Of a DNA stretch of 64,000 nt, positions 39,286-52,709 are shown one piece after another. The stretch covers positions 9,486,001 through 9,550,000 of the forward strand of contig NW_027361802.1 in the NCBI RefSeq assembly GCF_039654945.1, given 5' to 3'. The notes under the pieces were generated by a model. It was not told the DNA's origin. It ran no database searches and saw nothing but the letters and a program-made list of their open reading frames with translations. The stretch is from Dendrobates tinctorius. Its lineage: Eukaryota. The position numbers were made by a program, and so were the translations under genes. The first letter of the stretch is position 1. Each line of letters begins with the position of its first letter.

Positions 39286-39476
39286 CTGTGGAAGAAACAT
39301 TACATATCAGTCACAACTCGAAGGTCTTTAGAGTGGCCAAAACAATGTTCCTGTAATGCAGCTTCTAAATAAAAGCGCCAACGTGAACGGAATATCTTGA
39401 AAACATGAAAACTCACAATTAAACAACGTTCAAACTGTTGTGATCGAACACAGTCATCAGTTCAGAGCCTCACTTA

Positions 39477-39556
39477 GACAAATCAGATCTCATACTTTGT
39501 ACTGATGAGGGGTAACACCTTGAAACATTGTCTGTAAATTGAGATTCTGGTTTGTC
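39477..39556 (+). ncRNA. Type I hammerhead ribozyme, diverged copy of the 15.3-kb motif
   Basis: UUUGUA-CUGAUGA-GGGG-UAACA-CCUU-GAAA-CA-U-UG-UC/UGUAAA; outer helix GACAAAUCAGA / UCUGGUUUGUC. Confidence 0.72.
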
Positions 39557-40099
39557 AATCTTGAATTTTAGGATTGCCACTTCCAATAGCTGGCGCTAGA
39601 ATTCTAGTCTTCCTCTTCGATGTAGTGGAAAAGGCTCACATTTTGTGCTCGACAACCTCATGCTTGTGCTGCAAGTCTAGTGAAGCTTTTTTTTTTTTTT
39701 ATCAAGCTAAAACAGCTACATTTTACTTCAATTATGGAAAAAATCTGATCACAAAAAACCATAATGTCAATAAACCCTAACATTTACTGTGTATTTCCAC
39801 AGTGCCCGGCATCCCTCACTTTTGGCCTTATAGAGAAAAGCTATAGAAAAGTGTGGCGAAAAGGTTTAAAAAAAAAAAAAAAAAAAAGCTAAGGACTTCA
39901 TAAGATTTTAGTTGTTTGCAATGGATTATTTTGCTGCTGATCATGCGTGATGGATTTGATTAAAGAAACAAATACCAGAAACATTTTAGTAAATGACTAT
40001 GAGACCATAATAGACCCTAAATGTATCAGAAAATATATAGTCACTCCTTGCAACATAGGAATAATGGAGAACAAAATGAAGTTTTAAGACTAAAAGGGG

Positions 40100-43000
40100 T
40101 CTTTATTTATACAAAAACATAAAAAAACAAACAAAAAGGTAGTAAAATCGACAGACAGATAACGAAAAAAAAGAGGGAGTTACTAGCAGGGCGGCCTTAA
40201 GGGTAGTAGATAGGGAGGGGAGAATCAACAAAAGATATCCATATAAACCACCGTAGCAATTGAACCTTCTCACAAAACAGTGTCCCCAAACATACAAATA
40301 TGGTTAAAAAGGTTATTACTAATTTTTACCCATTCTGATAGACGTTCCCAGAAAACATACGTATGCATTCCCAACACGCGTTTCGCTTCTTAAATCATTG
40401 CTTTCTCAAAAGTATAACTAAAAAGGTGCCCTGCAGGACCTTATAATCCCGTAACCCCGATCACATGGCCATCCAATGGGATTGGGCTGTCGGCACATGT
40501 GCAGATCGCTGGGTGCACCCCTAATCCACGCCCAGCCATCAAGCTGCCAGTGCGCATACCCGGGAGCGAGGACGTGTGGTCATGTCTCCCAGACATGCGT
40601 AAAGCAGCATGTAGATGCTGGGAAATAGACAGGAGTACAGAGCGGCACACACCGATCCCAGAGTGAGCAGGTACACAACCAGTATGTCATACATATAGTA
40701 ACAGTAAATCCAGATTATCGGTTGAATCATATTCTCCCCTAGATGTATAGCATAATCCAAGGATGTCACGGATTGTTGTAAGCATCTCCCCCAAATTTTT
40801 GTGGTTAGGTGTGACTCAGTCCAAAAGAGGCAATAACGGGTGTATCGGGTCTGATACAGAACTGCAGGTAAACAAAAATATGAATATCAAAAACATACAG
40901 TATAAATGAAAATGTAACAAAAAAGTAAAAGATGTGAACGTGGTGGCAATTTCCTGCTACAAGAAAGCTAAAAAGAAAGACCAGAAGAACGAGGAGCACA
41001 AGGTGATGATGGTAAAAAAGCAGTATATCATTTTTATTAAGTAGAAAAATACATATAACATCACACAATAGGGTAACCATAATGCACCAAGAAAGTACAG
41101 GCAAGGAACAGGAGAGACCCCCTCTACAAATATGCCACCATAAGGTATAAAAAGCCAAGGCAAAATAAGGGCAGTGCCGCTGGTGGTCAGATAAGTATAT
41201 TCCCACCAAAAAAAAGCCACAGAGGTATATAGTAAAAGTCTTACCACAGTAGAAGGGGCATAAGGGGAAAATCCAAGGGCCAAAAAGTCCACCCCGACAC
41301 GCGTTTCGCTGGCAAGAGCGCCGCTTGCTCAAGGGCCTTGCCTGCACTTTCTTGGTGCATTATGGTTACCCTATCGTGTGATATTATATACAGTACTGTT
41401 CAAAAGTTTAGGGTCACTTAGAAATTTCCTTTTTTTTTTTTTTTAAAGAAAAGCACATTTTTTTCCAATGAAGCTAACATTAAATGATTCAGAAATACAC
41501 TCTATACATTGTTAATGTGGTAAATGACTATTCTAGCTGCAAATGTCTGGTTTGTAATGAAATATGTTCATAGATGTATAGAAGCCCATTTCCGACAACT
41601 ATCACTCCAGTGTTCTTATGGTACTCTGTCTTTGCTGTGTAATAAGGATAATGGATTGTTAGAATACCCTTGAAAATCCTTGTGCAAGTATGTTAGCACA
41701 GCTGAAAACAGTTTGGCTGATTAGAGAAGCTATAAACCTGACCTTCCTTTGAGCTAGTCAAGAATCTTGACCATTACATTTGTTGGTTCCATTAAACTCT
41801 CAAAATGGCCAGAAAAAAAAAAAACAAAAAACAACTTTCATGTGAAACTCAACAGTCTATTCTTTTTCTTAGAAATGAAGGCTATTCCATGCGAGAAATT
41901 GCCAAGAAACTGAAGATTTCCTACAACGGTGTGTACTACTCCCATCAGAAGAAAGCACAAACAGGCTTTAACCTGAGTAGAAAGAGAAGTGGGAGGCCCC
42001 GCTGCACAACTGAGCAACAAGACAAGTACATTAGAGTCTGTAGTTTGAGAAATCAACGCCTCACAGGTCCTCAACTGGCAGCTTCATTAAACAGTACACA
42101 CAAAATGCCAGTGTCAACATCTACAGTGAAGAGGCGGCTCAGTGATAGTGGCCTTCAGGGCAGAGTGGCAAAGAAAAAGCCATGTATGAGACTGGCTAAT
42201 AAAAGGAAAAGATTAATATGGGCAAAACAACACAGACATTGGACACAGGAAGATTGTAAAAAAAAAAAGTGTTATGGACAGACGAATCCAAGTTTGAGAT
42301 ATTTGGATCACACAGAAGAACATTTGTGAGATGCAGAACAACTGAAAAGATGCTGGAAGAGTGCCTGACGCCATCTGTCAAGCATGGTGGAGGTATTGTG
42401 ATGGTCTGGGGCTGTTTTGGTGCTGGTAAAGTGGGAGATTTGTACAAGGAAAAAGGGATTTTGAATAAGGAAGGCTATCACGCCATTTTGCAACGCTATG
42501 GCATACCCTGTGGACAGCGCTTGATTGGAGCCAATTTCATCCAACAACAGGACAATGACCCAAAGCACACCTCCAAATTATGCAAGAACTATTTAGGGAA
42601 GAAGCAGGCAGCTGGTATTCTATCTGTAATGGAGTGGCCAGCGCAGTCACTAGATCTCAACCCCATTGAGCTGTTGTGGGAGCAGCTTGACCGTATGGTA
42701 CGCAGTGCCCATCAAGCCAAACCAACTTGTGGGAGGGGCTTCTGGAAGCATGGGGTGAAATTTCTCCAGATTACCTCAGCAAATTAACTGCTAGAATGCC
42801 AAAGGTCTGCAATGCTGGAATTGCTGCAAAGGGAACATTTTTTGCCGAAAGTAAAGTTTGAAGGAGAAAATTATTATTTCAAATAAAAATCTTTTTTTCG
42901 AACCTTGTCTATGTCTGGACTAGATTTTAAATTCATTTGGCAACTCATTTGATTAATAAAAGTATGAGTTTTCATGGAAAACACAAAATTGTCTGGGTGA

Positions 43001-43100
43001 CCCCAAACTTTTGAACGGTAGTGTATATGTATTTTTCTACTTAAAAATGATATACTGCTTTCTTACCATCATCACCTTGTGCTCCTGGTTCTTCTGGTCT
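40100..43100 (-). mobile_element. Penelope-like pLTR remnants with an inverted copy, interrupted by a Tc1-like element
   Basis: ~40978-41097 is the reverse complement of 41346-41390 plus 43024-43100; two hammerhead-like CGAAACGCGT motifs on the minus strand; no coding remnant recognised. Confidence 0.55.
41391..43023 (+). mobile_element. Tc1-like element, DD38E (Intruder-type spacing), short TIRs, frameshifted transposase (~41805-42862)
   Basis: TA TSD; termini cagtactgttcaaaagttt / aaacttttgaacggtagtg; WTDESKF; QQD-x38-E counted directly in ORF 42269-42787. Confidence 0.9.
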
Positions 43101-44382
43101 ATGCTTTTTGGAGTTGGAGTAGTCTGTTTTAAGGGAGATTCACCACTGTGTAACTTTCTCCCTAATATGAATATGCAACTGGGCTTGTTATTAAGAAAGA
43201 TAAAAAGCTCAGGGTTTCATCTGAACTAGAGGGGGTCATGGTACCAAGAGAGACAATCCATCTTGCCTCACACCGAGCCACTTTTCTTTACATCTCCTCC
43301 CCCAATACCAGTATAGATGATGTCAATACCTCGCACTTCAAAGGTTTTGGGGTTAAAGTAATGGTGGGTTCTAAAATGAACAGGAATTTTAACTCCGTAA
43401 TGTCAGCCACTGTGAGCACAACAAACCCATAATGTCAATAAACCCCAACATTAGCTGTTTACTTCCACAGCGCCCAATGTCATCCCTCACTTGTGGCCTT
43501 ATAGACCAAAACTACAAAGTCTAAGTGAGGCGACAAAGCTGAAAAAAACAAAGCTAGGGACGTCATAAGATTTTAGTTGTTTGTAACGGATTATTTTGCT
43601 GCCGACCATGAGTGATGGATTTGATGTGGATTTCAGGCGCTGTGCCTGCTCCGTATAGGGCAGATTCCAGCTGTAATACATAGAAGGCATTTACCCGTAA
43701 TAGCATCAATCAGCGCTAGCCACGATCAATGCTGTTTAACTATTTAAATACCACCCTGCAGTATGATCAGGGATCCGATAGATTATTGCGGCAGCTGTGG
43801 CCCTTCTGAATGCCCCATTGTTGCCATCTTATTACTGCTCGGAAGACTAGCTATAGGGCAGGTTCACCTTAGTGTCAGTTTCATGCAGTAAACTGGGATG
43901 ACTATTCACTGGTATGCCTTTCATATATTATCATTTTTTTTCAGCAGCAGTTATTTATTACAAGACCATTTCCAATTTCCTATGTGACAGAAATGCAATG
44001 TATCGGTAAAAAATGGATGCTGTATAGTGGCCACCGTACGGTAGCCAATTTTTATCGGGGCACTCACGACGCGAATGGTCGAGTCTCAAATGACACATGG
44101 AAGCAACTAGCAGAGGCCGCAATTTTTATTTTTTCACAAGGAGATAAAAGTGAAAAAAAGGTCAGTGGGAAAAAAACTCATCAGCACTGCCCCATCGATA
44201 TTGGTCCTAGTGCGGTCCTAACGCTCGGACTGAAAATACACTTGTGTGAACTCGCCCATAGGCTTTTCCCCACAGGACACCTCGATTTATACCATACACT
44301 GCAACACTGTGATAAAAATGATTGCAGGTTAACATTCACCATGAAGACCCCCCCAAAAAAAAGTAAAAGAAGAAGAAAGAAG

Positions 44383-44414
<32 letters not shown>

Positions 44415-47400
44415 AATAACGCCTTTCCTAGTTTTAATAATAATAACAAGTGAGGAAAAAAAAAAAAAAAGTTTCCACTGTCAGGTCCGTAAAAGACTAG
44501 TCTATCAAAGTATAAAATTATTTAAAGCATACAATGAACACCGAAAATATAACAAGCAAAAAAAATGTGTTCTTTCAGTCACTGAAGTTCCACCCACTCC
44601 CCCACCCAAAAAAAAAAATAAAAAAAATTAACCAATATGACATATGTTCTCAAAAATGGCAACAATGAAAACCACAGCTCGGCACAAAGAAAATAAGCCC
44701 TCATACTGCTCCATCAATAGAAAAATAGAAAAGAGAAAATGGCAACACTTTTTTTTTTTAAAATTTCAAAAAGTTCTTTTACTATTAAATCATAAGTAAA
44801 ATCAAACAAAGGGAAACCAGACACGTTTGGTAACACCTTAATTGTGGTGACCTGGTGAATCATGCTACCAGGTGATTTTTTACTGTACGATGACCTCAGT
44901 AAGAACAATGGCAAAATTGCAGTGTTTTCACAGTGTCATGCCACTTGCATGTTTTTCAGTTTTTCACTACATGATACAAGAAAACAAATTATGTCATTCA
45001 AAGCTACAACTTGCCCCGCAAAACCCAACATGCGTCATCGCGAGGGCTTGTTCTGGCAGAGTAATCTTATGGCTCTTTAAAAAAGGGGAGGAAAAAATGA
45101 AATCTCAAAAATGAAAAATGGCCAGTTATTGTCACCATTGGATTTCTGTTGGTGAAATACAAGTCTGATTGTAAAGCCACCATCAGAGCCTAAGTGAGAA
45201 GCTGAACCATAAGTGGGGTGAGGACTAATTTGTAGTTATTGCTAGGCCAGGGTCACCCGACCATATTCTCCACATCGGAGAAAACCAGTGATTATACTAA
45301 TCACACTCTACTCTGATCAGAGTGGGATCCGTTTTTCTTGCATGTGGAAAATAAAAAAAAGTCTATTTCTCCATCTTCTCCATTCTGTCAGTCCGGACTA
45401 CACTCAGACATCATCCAAATATGGTCTGATTTTACACGGACCCATAGACTTGCATGGCCAAGTGCGATCTGATAGACGAAGGCAAGTCATGCATGTCGTG
45501 ATTTTGCTTTCCTCGGACCACTCGGTCCAAGGAAAAATACAAATATGTAGACAGCTCCAAAGAATAACATTTGTCAGTGTGAGTCTCATGGGATTAACAT
45601 AATTGAGCAGAGCCAAAAGACACCAGAGTCTGGTTGCTCCTACTACGCTGAGAAGCAGCACTTCTCCAGTGTATTAAACGTGTTTATTTCTTCCAGCAGA
45701 ACAGGGGTTAATTGGCCATATTGCGAACGTCTACATTCAGCTGTGCTCGGTTAGCCACTCCTTTTCCCTATAAAATCTGGGCTTGATTAACAAGTCATTG
45801 TCAGAGTTAGCATTAGCACTTGCTAGTGCATAATATTGGAGTGGGAGCAGTTGGTATGAGGAGAGCTGGAGGGGATTAGTGACTGTTGTTGTGGCTTGTA
45901 TTGTTGAAAATTTCTTATCCTTCCCTGTTTTGCTTTGTTCCCCCTTCCTGCACACCCTGGTGAATACCTCTGCTATATGTGAGTGTATATACTGTATGTG
46001 CGGAGTTTTCAGTTTACCATTGTCTTTGTTACCCTGTCTGTCGGGTTGGTGTAGTGATGTGCACAGTAGCGCCTCTCTTCCTTAGGTGGGGGAAGGGCTG
46101 TTCTAGGAGATAAGGCAAGGGTGCAGACCCCAGCCTCTTTGCCATAAGAAGTATCCCGGGGAACAAGGCGAGCTAGGGCGCCCACTAGTGTTAGGGCCAG
46201 GAAAGGTGCCCCTGGTCCCAGGTCACTCGCCAGTCGTAATCATAGAGGGACGATGTTTTAACGGATTGCACTTGGAACGAAACTACGGTTTTCTACACGA
46301 GCCCGTAACACTTAATTCTAACATATAGTGCACACACATTTTATCCTTGATCAATAAGATAAGTGACAACTTACTGATCGCTGGGGGTCACTAGGACCCA
46401 TTTCTATCCCAAGAACGGGCTTCTGGAACACAGAAAATGAATGGAGTGGAAGTTCCTATGGGACTGCCGGTGAAAACAGAGTGCAATGCTTGAATATTTC
46501 AACTAATACACGTACAACCGATAACGGGACGTGTGCCCTAGGTGGCTTCTGTCTCTGACCGCAAGAGAAAATAAATGGCTCAGTGCAATAATCAATCCTA
46601 CACCAGCCTCAGGAGGCACACGACCTTATCGAATAGCATAGCCGGGATTAGCAAAGATGACAGCTCAGGACTGGAGAGTGATTTTGGCTCTGTGATCAGC
46701 GGCAGATAATCTGTGATGGGAATGAATGTACTCATCAGACCCTGTGCCCACCCTCAGTGTTTAGTCCAAGCATAACATCTGAATTATCTTGTATCTGCAG
46801 CAAAACCGGGCTCTATTTTTCTACGAGAATGTGCACACAAAGTCCCTTTTTGATGGATTCCACCTGGAATCTGCCTGAAAAAAAAGCCATATGGACAGCA
46901 AAGAGTCGTAACAAAGTATCAGCGAACAGATGAAATACGGACTGAACGCTGTTCTGCAAAAGGCATGAGAGTAGGGCATGGTCTGAGTCTCACAGACCGG
47001 AGACATGGATCTGTTTATAAAACGTGTATATGGATCAATGACGTGATGGGGCCGTGTGCCGTCTGAGAAGAGATGTTCAGCACTAGGACGTGTCACACAG
47101 ATATGTGAGTGTAGCCTAAAGGGAAACCTTCTCATACAGAACATAAATCCATATGTATTCTCAGTGACAGCACGCAATCATCAGACGGCCATGGGAAATA
47201 TTGGGCCGGATTTACTAACCCTGTTCTTTTAGTTAGCTGAATAAAAAGACTATACCTCCACCATATGGCAAAAAACGTATGTCTACGGATACACCATTTG
47301 GTTGGCTTACTTTATGCCATGTTATGCACCTAAATTTACAGCCATGTTTTCTTCATTTATGCCGTGTCATTTGTCAAATGAGCCAAAAAAAAAAAAGTTT

Positions 47401-50400
47401 AAAAGGTGCGCTCTAGAAAAAAAAAAATACTAAAATTAGCTTCCTGGACAACCCATTACCAATGGCCCCAGAATGCTGTATAAACGGGAAAAAAAAAAAA
47501 AAAAAAATCTATACTTACCCCCTGAATCGGCGCAAATCCTCTGCTTTCAGCCCTTTATCATTCACCAGTCAAATGACCGCTGCAGCTAATCAGTAACTGC
47601 TACTTCCAAATTTTGTCTAGGATTGCATTCACATACAGTGGCATGTAAAAGTTTAGGTACCCCTGGTCAAAATTACTGTTAGTGTGAACACTTAACCAAG
47701 TTGAAGATGAAATAATCTCTAAAAGGGCTTAAGTTAACCCCTTTCTGACATCATACTATCCCATCCATGGGACCCGGGCCCCTATGCCCATGGACGGGAT
47801 AGTATGTCTAGCGTGGTGAGCGCCGCTGATCGCGGCCAGGTGTCAGCTGATTATCACAGCTGACACCCAGCACTATGTCAACCCCTTGTTAACATGATCG
47901 CGGTGTACCGGGGGATAAAGGGAAGCATTGGCAGGGAGAGGGCCCCCTCCGTGCCTCCCTGAGCCCCCCACAGCAGCACAATGTGCAGCCCTGCTGCGGG
48001 GGTCTTTCTCTACAGGTCCCCGGATCCAAGATGGCGACGGGGACCTTAAGGGGCCTGTAGGGAGCTGGCTTCCTCAGTGCATGCAAAGCGCAGGCAAGCG
48101 GAAGTCTTCTTCAATGCCTGTGACAGATCGCTGATCTGTCACAGTGATCTGTGATGTGCCAGATCAACGATCTGTCACAGGACAGTGATGACCCCCCTNN
48201 NNNNNNNNNNNNNNNNNNNNNNNNNNNNNNNNNNNNNNNNNNNNNNNNNNNNNNNNNNNNNNNNNNNNNNNNNNNNNNNNNNNNNNNNNNNNNNNNNNNN
48301 NNNNNNNNNNNNNNNNNNNNNNNNNNNNNNNNNNNNNNNATTTTTTGGAAATTAAAAAAAAACCAAAACAATAAAAGTACACATTTAGTATCGCCACGTC
48401 CGTAACAACCTGCCCTATAAAACTGTCTCATTAGCGAACCCCATAAAAAATAAAAAACGAAGCAAAAAATAATGATTTAATATCATACCGCCGAACAAAA
48501 AGTGCAATAACGCGCGATCAAAAAGACGCATATAAATATCCATGGTACCGCAGAAAACGTCATCTTGTCCCGCAAAAAACAAGCCATCATACAGCATCAT
48601 CAGCGAAAAAATAAAAAAAGTTATAGCTCGCAGAATAAAGCGATGCAAAAATAATTTTTTATATAAAATTGTTTTTATTGCATAAAAGTGCCAAAACATA
48701 AAAAAAGACATAAATGAGGTCAGGGCTGTGGAGTCGGAGTCAGTTTTGGTTGGAGTCGGAGTCGGTAGAAATGTACCGACTCCAGCTTTAAAAAAAATGT
48801 ATTAATATTTCATAATTGAACTTTCATATGAATTTTATAAATGTTACTCAAATATATATGTTCTATCAAACTATGAACAACAGTGATAAGCAGTTCTGCT
48901 GGAGATAGAGACATTTCTTACTTCTTGTGTGTCACTGTTCTCCACTGCCCTTATCTAATCTTATACTTTGTTAACCTCATGCTGCCCCAACCCCCCTACT
49001 TACAATGTATGAAACTGAAAGTGAAAATGTGTTGCAAATTCTTAGTAGTAAAGCTCCTCCTCTAGACTAGATCATACTAGGTGTGTGTCTTCCAAGCATC
49101 TCACAGCTGCCTGCTACTCAGAAGAGGAAGACTGTAAGAAGTATTATCCTTTCAACAAACTTTGCATCAGTTAACTGTGAGTACATGAGGAATAATAACA
49201 GTATTACTGACCACTATATCAGTTGTACGACCTGGCAATAATTTTGTACAATTGTTTTTAGGAAAAACAATTGTCATTTGGATTGTGAATGCAGAATTAA
49301 AAACCTGAGAATGTCAAAGAAGCATCACATTAAATCAGCTGTATTTGAACATTTCACCATCACTCAAGATAGAAAACATTATGTCTGTCAGTGTATGACA
49401 AATGATCCAGATGAAAACAAATGCTGCGAAGCCAAGATGAGTGCATATTCAGGCAAAGATAAAAATGCTCCTACCAGAGCTTCTAATCTAAAGAGACATT
49501 TACAGCGCTTTCATCCAGAAGTACTGAAAGCAGTGGATGAGAAAGACTGCATCCAAACCAATGAACCAGTGCCCAGCTCTTCCAGCCAAACAAAGGAGCA
49601 GAGAACTTTGCAGCCATCAGTTGCAAGATATTTTGTCAGTGACAAAGTTACTGTGACAATGACAGTAGATACATTTAAAAAACAGATCATAGAGCTTGTT
49701 GTAAAGGATAGTGTGCCTATTTCATTATTTTCACGACCAGCTTTTGTGTGTCTGAATGGGGAAATGGCCCGCAAGCTTGGTGTTTCTCTGGAGAGAGAGA
49801 GTATTAGAAAATTAGTAATCGAAGAAGCTTTTAAACAAAAGAAAGAACTTAAAAAAAACTCTCAAGGGACGCTTTCTGTTTCTTAAAATGGATGCCTGCA
49901 CACGTCACAGAGTGAACTATTTTGCCATCAATGTCTGATTTGTTTGTGACAAAAATGAAATAGTTACCAAGACATTGGCAGTAAAAGACACCAAAGCTCA
50001 TCACACCAGTGAGTTTCTCCAGGTCTTGGTGGAAAAGGTTCTGCAAGACTATGAACTTAAAAAAGAGCAAGTTCTTTCTGTCGTAACTGACAATGCTTCA
50101 AATATGATAAGTACTATTAAGCTAATGAATGAGAGTAATGATGGTGACCAGCAGCTAGAAGAACATTCTGGGTCCACAGACACAGAAATGTTTGAAATAG
50201 AGGAACACAGTATTGTAACTGAGGAGCAAACTGAAGTTGCTTCAGATGAACAGCAACATGATAGTTTAGATCAGGGGTCCTCAAACTACGGCCCGCGGGC
50301 CACATGCGGCCCGCCAAGGACTTTTATCCGGCCCCCGCCAGGCCGATATTGAACTTATGAACTGCACTGCAGTTCAATGCCGGCGGGCCCTGTAATCGCG

Positions 50401-50589
50401 GGCGGGACGAGGCGCCGAGGAAAGGCGTTACGCAGCCCTCCGTATGCAGCAGAGCACAGTGCACACAGACGGCCTGATTATCAACACGCCGCCTGTGGGC
50501 CTGTGCAGGAAGAAGACTGAGATGAGCGGGCGTCTCTTCAGAGCAGCGGGGGACATAGGTGAGTACTTTTTTTTTTTTTAACGCCGGGT

Positions 50590-52225
50590 CCTATTGGGGT
50601 CATTTACCTGCCTAATGGGGACATGTGCTGCCTAATGGGGACCTGTGCTGCCTAATGGGGACATTTATCTGCCTAATGGGGACATTTACCTGCCTAATGG
50701 GGACATTTACCTGCCTAATGGGGACATTTACCTGCCTAATGGGGACATGTGTTGCCTAATGGGGACATTTACCTGCCAATTGGGGACCTGTGCTGCCTAT
50801 TGGGGACCTGTGCTGCCTATTGGGGACATTTGTCTGCCTAATAGGGACATTTACCTGCCTAATGGGGACCTGTGCTGCCTAATGGGGACATTTACCTGCC
50901 TATTGGAGACCTGTGCTGCCTAATGGGGACCTGTGCTGCCTAATGGGGACCTTTACCTGCCTAATGGGGGACTCGTGCTGCCTAATGGGGGACTCGTGCT
51001 GCCTAATGGGGACATTTACCTGCCAATTGGGGACCTGTGCTGCCTAATGGGGACCTGTGCTGCCTAATGGGGACATTTATCTTCCTAATGGGGACATTTA
51101 CCTGCCTAATGGGGACCTGTGTTGCCTAATGGGGACATTTACCTGCCTATTGGGGACCTGTGCTGCCTAATGGGGACATTTACCTGCCTATTGGGGACCT
51201 GTGCTGCCTAATGGGGACCTGTGCTGTCTAATGGGGACCTTTACCTGCCTAATGGGGACTGTGCTGCCTAATGGGGACTGTGCTGCCTAATGGGGACATT
51301 TACCTGCCTATTGGGGACCTGTGCTGCCTAAAGGGGACCTGTGCTGCCTATTGGAGACATTTACCTGCCTAATGGGGACATCTACTTGCCTATTGGGGAC
51401 ATCTACCTGCCTAATGGGGACATTTACCTGACTATTGGGGACATTTGCCTGCCTAATGGGGACCTGTGCTGCCTAATGGGGACCTGTGCTGACTATTGGG
51501 GACATTTACCTGCCTATTGGGGACCTGTGCTGCCTATTGGGGACATTTACCTGCCTATTGGGGACATTTACCTGCCTATTGGGGACATTTACCTGCCTAT
51601 TGGGGACATCTACCTGCCTATTGGGGACATCTACCTGCCTATTGGAGACTTGTGCTGCCTAATGGGGACCTGTGCTGCCTAATGGGGTCATTTACCTGCC
51701 TAATGGGGACTTGTGCTGCCTAATGGGGACTGTTCTGCCTATTGGGGACCTGTGCTGCCTAATGGGGACATTTACCTGCCTATTGGGGACCTGTGCAGCC
51801 TAATTGGGTTGGGGACCTGTGCTGCATATTGGGGGCATTTACCTGCCTATTGGGGACCTGTGCTGCCTAATGGGGACATTTACCTGCCTATTGGGGACTT
51901 GTGCTGCCTAATGGGGACCTGTGCTGCCTATTGGGGACAGTTACCTGCCTAATTTGGACATTTACCTGCCTATTAGGGACCTGTGCTGCCTATTGGGGAC
52001 ATTTACCTGCCTATTGGGGACCTTTGCTGCCTATTGGGGACATTTACCTGCCTATTGGGGACCTGTGCTGCCTATTGGGGACATTTACCTGCCTATTGGG
52101 GACCTATGCTGCCTATTGGGGACCTGTGCTGCCTATTGGGGACATTTCCCTGTCTATTGGGGACCTGTGCTGCCTATTGGGGACATTTACCTGCCTTTTA
52201 GGGACCATTGTTGCCTATTGGGGAT
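50590..52225. repeat. Minisatellite of two interspersed units (20 and 21 bp)
   Basis: ggggacctgtgctgccta(a/t)t and ggggacatttacctgccta(a/t)t. Confidence 0.93.
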
Positions 52226-52276
52226 TCTTGCACCACACCAGTCTGAGCCTGAGGTAAAAGTAGAGTTCCACCAATA

Positions 52277-52709
52277 TGGGCACTGGTGAGGCTGCACTGA
52301 TGGGCACTGATCAGGCTGCACTGATGGGCACTGATCAGGCTGCACTGATGGGCACTGATCAGGCTGCACTGATGGGCACTGATCAGGCTGCACTGATGGG
52401 CACTGGTCAGGCTGCACTGATGGGCACTGGTCAGGCTGCACTGATGGGCACTGGTCAGGCTGCACTGATGGGCACTGGTCAGGCTGCACTGATGGGCACT
52501 GGTCAGGCTGCACTGATGGGCACTGGTCAGGCTGCACTGATGGGCACTGGTCAGGCTGCACTGATGGGCACTGGTCAGGCTGCACTGATGGGCACTGGTC
52601 AGGCTGCACTGATGGGCACTGGTCAGGCTGCATTGATGGGCACTGGTCAGGCTGCATTGATGGGCACTGGTCAGGCTGCATTGATGGGCACTGATCAGGC
52701 TGCATTGAT
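52277..52709. repeat. 24-bp minisatellite, about 18 copies
   Basis: tgggcactg(g/a)tcaggctgcactga. Confidence 0.95.

Noticed and set aside
43984-44631. 215-aa Lys-rich ORF
   Set aside because: Driven by poly(A) runs in repeat-derived sequence; no recognisable domain
45700-46310. Possible solo LTR
   Set aside because: No clear TG...CA boundaries or TSD could be established by eye
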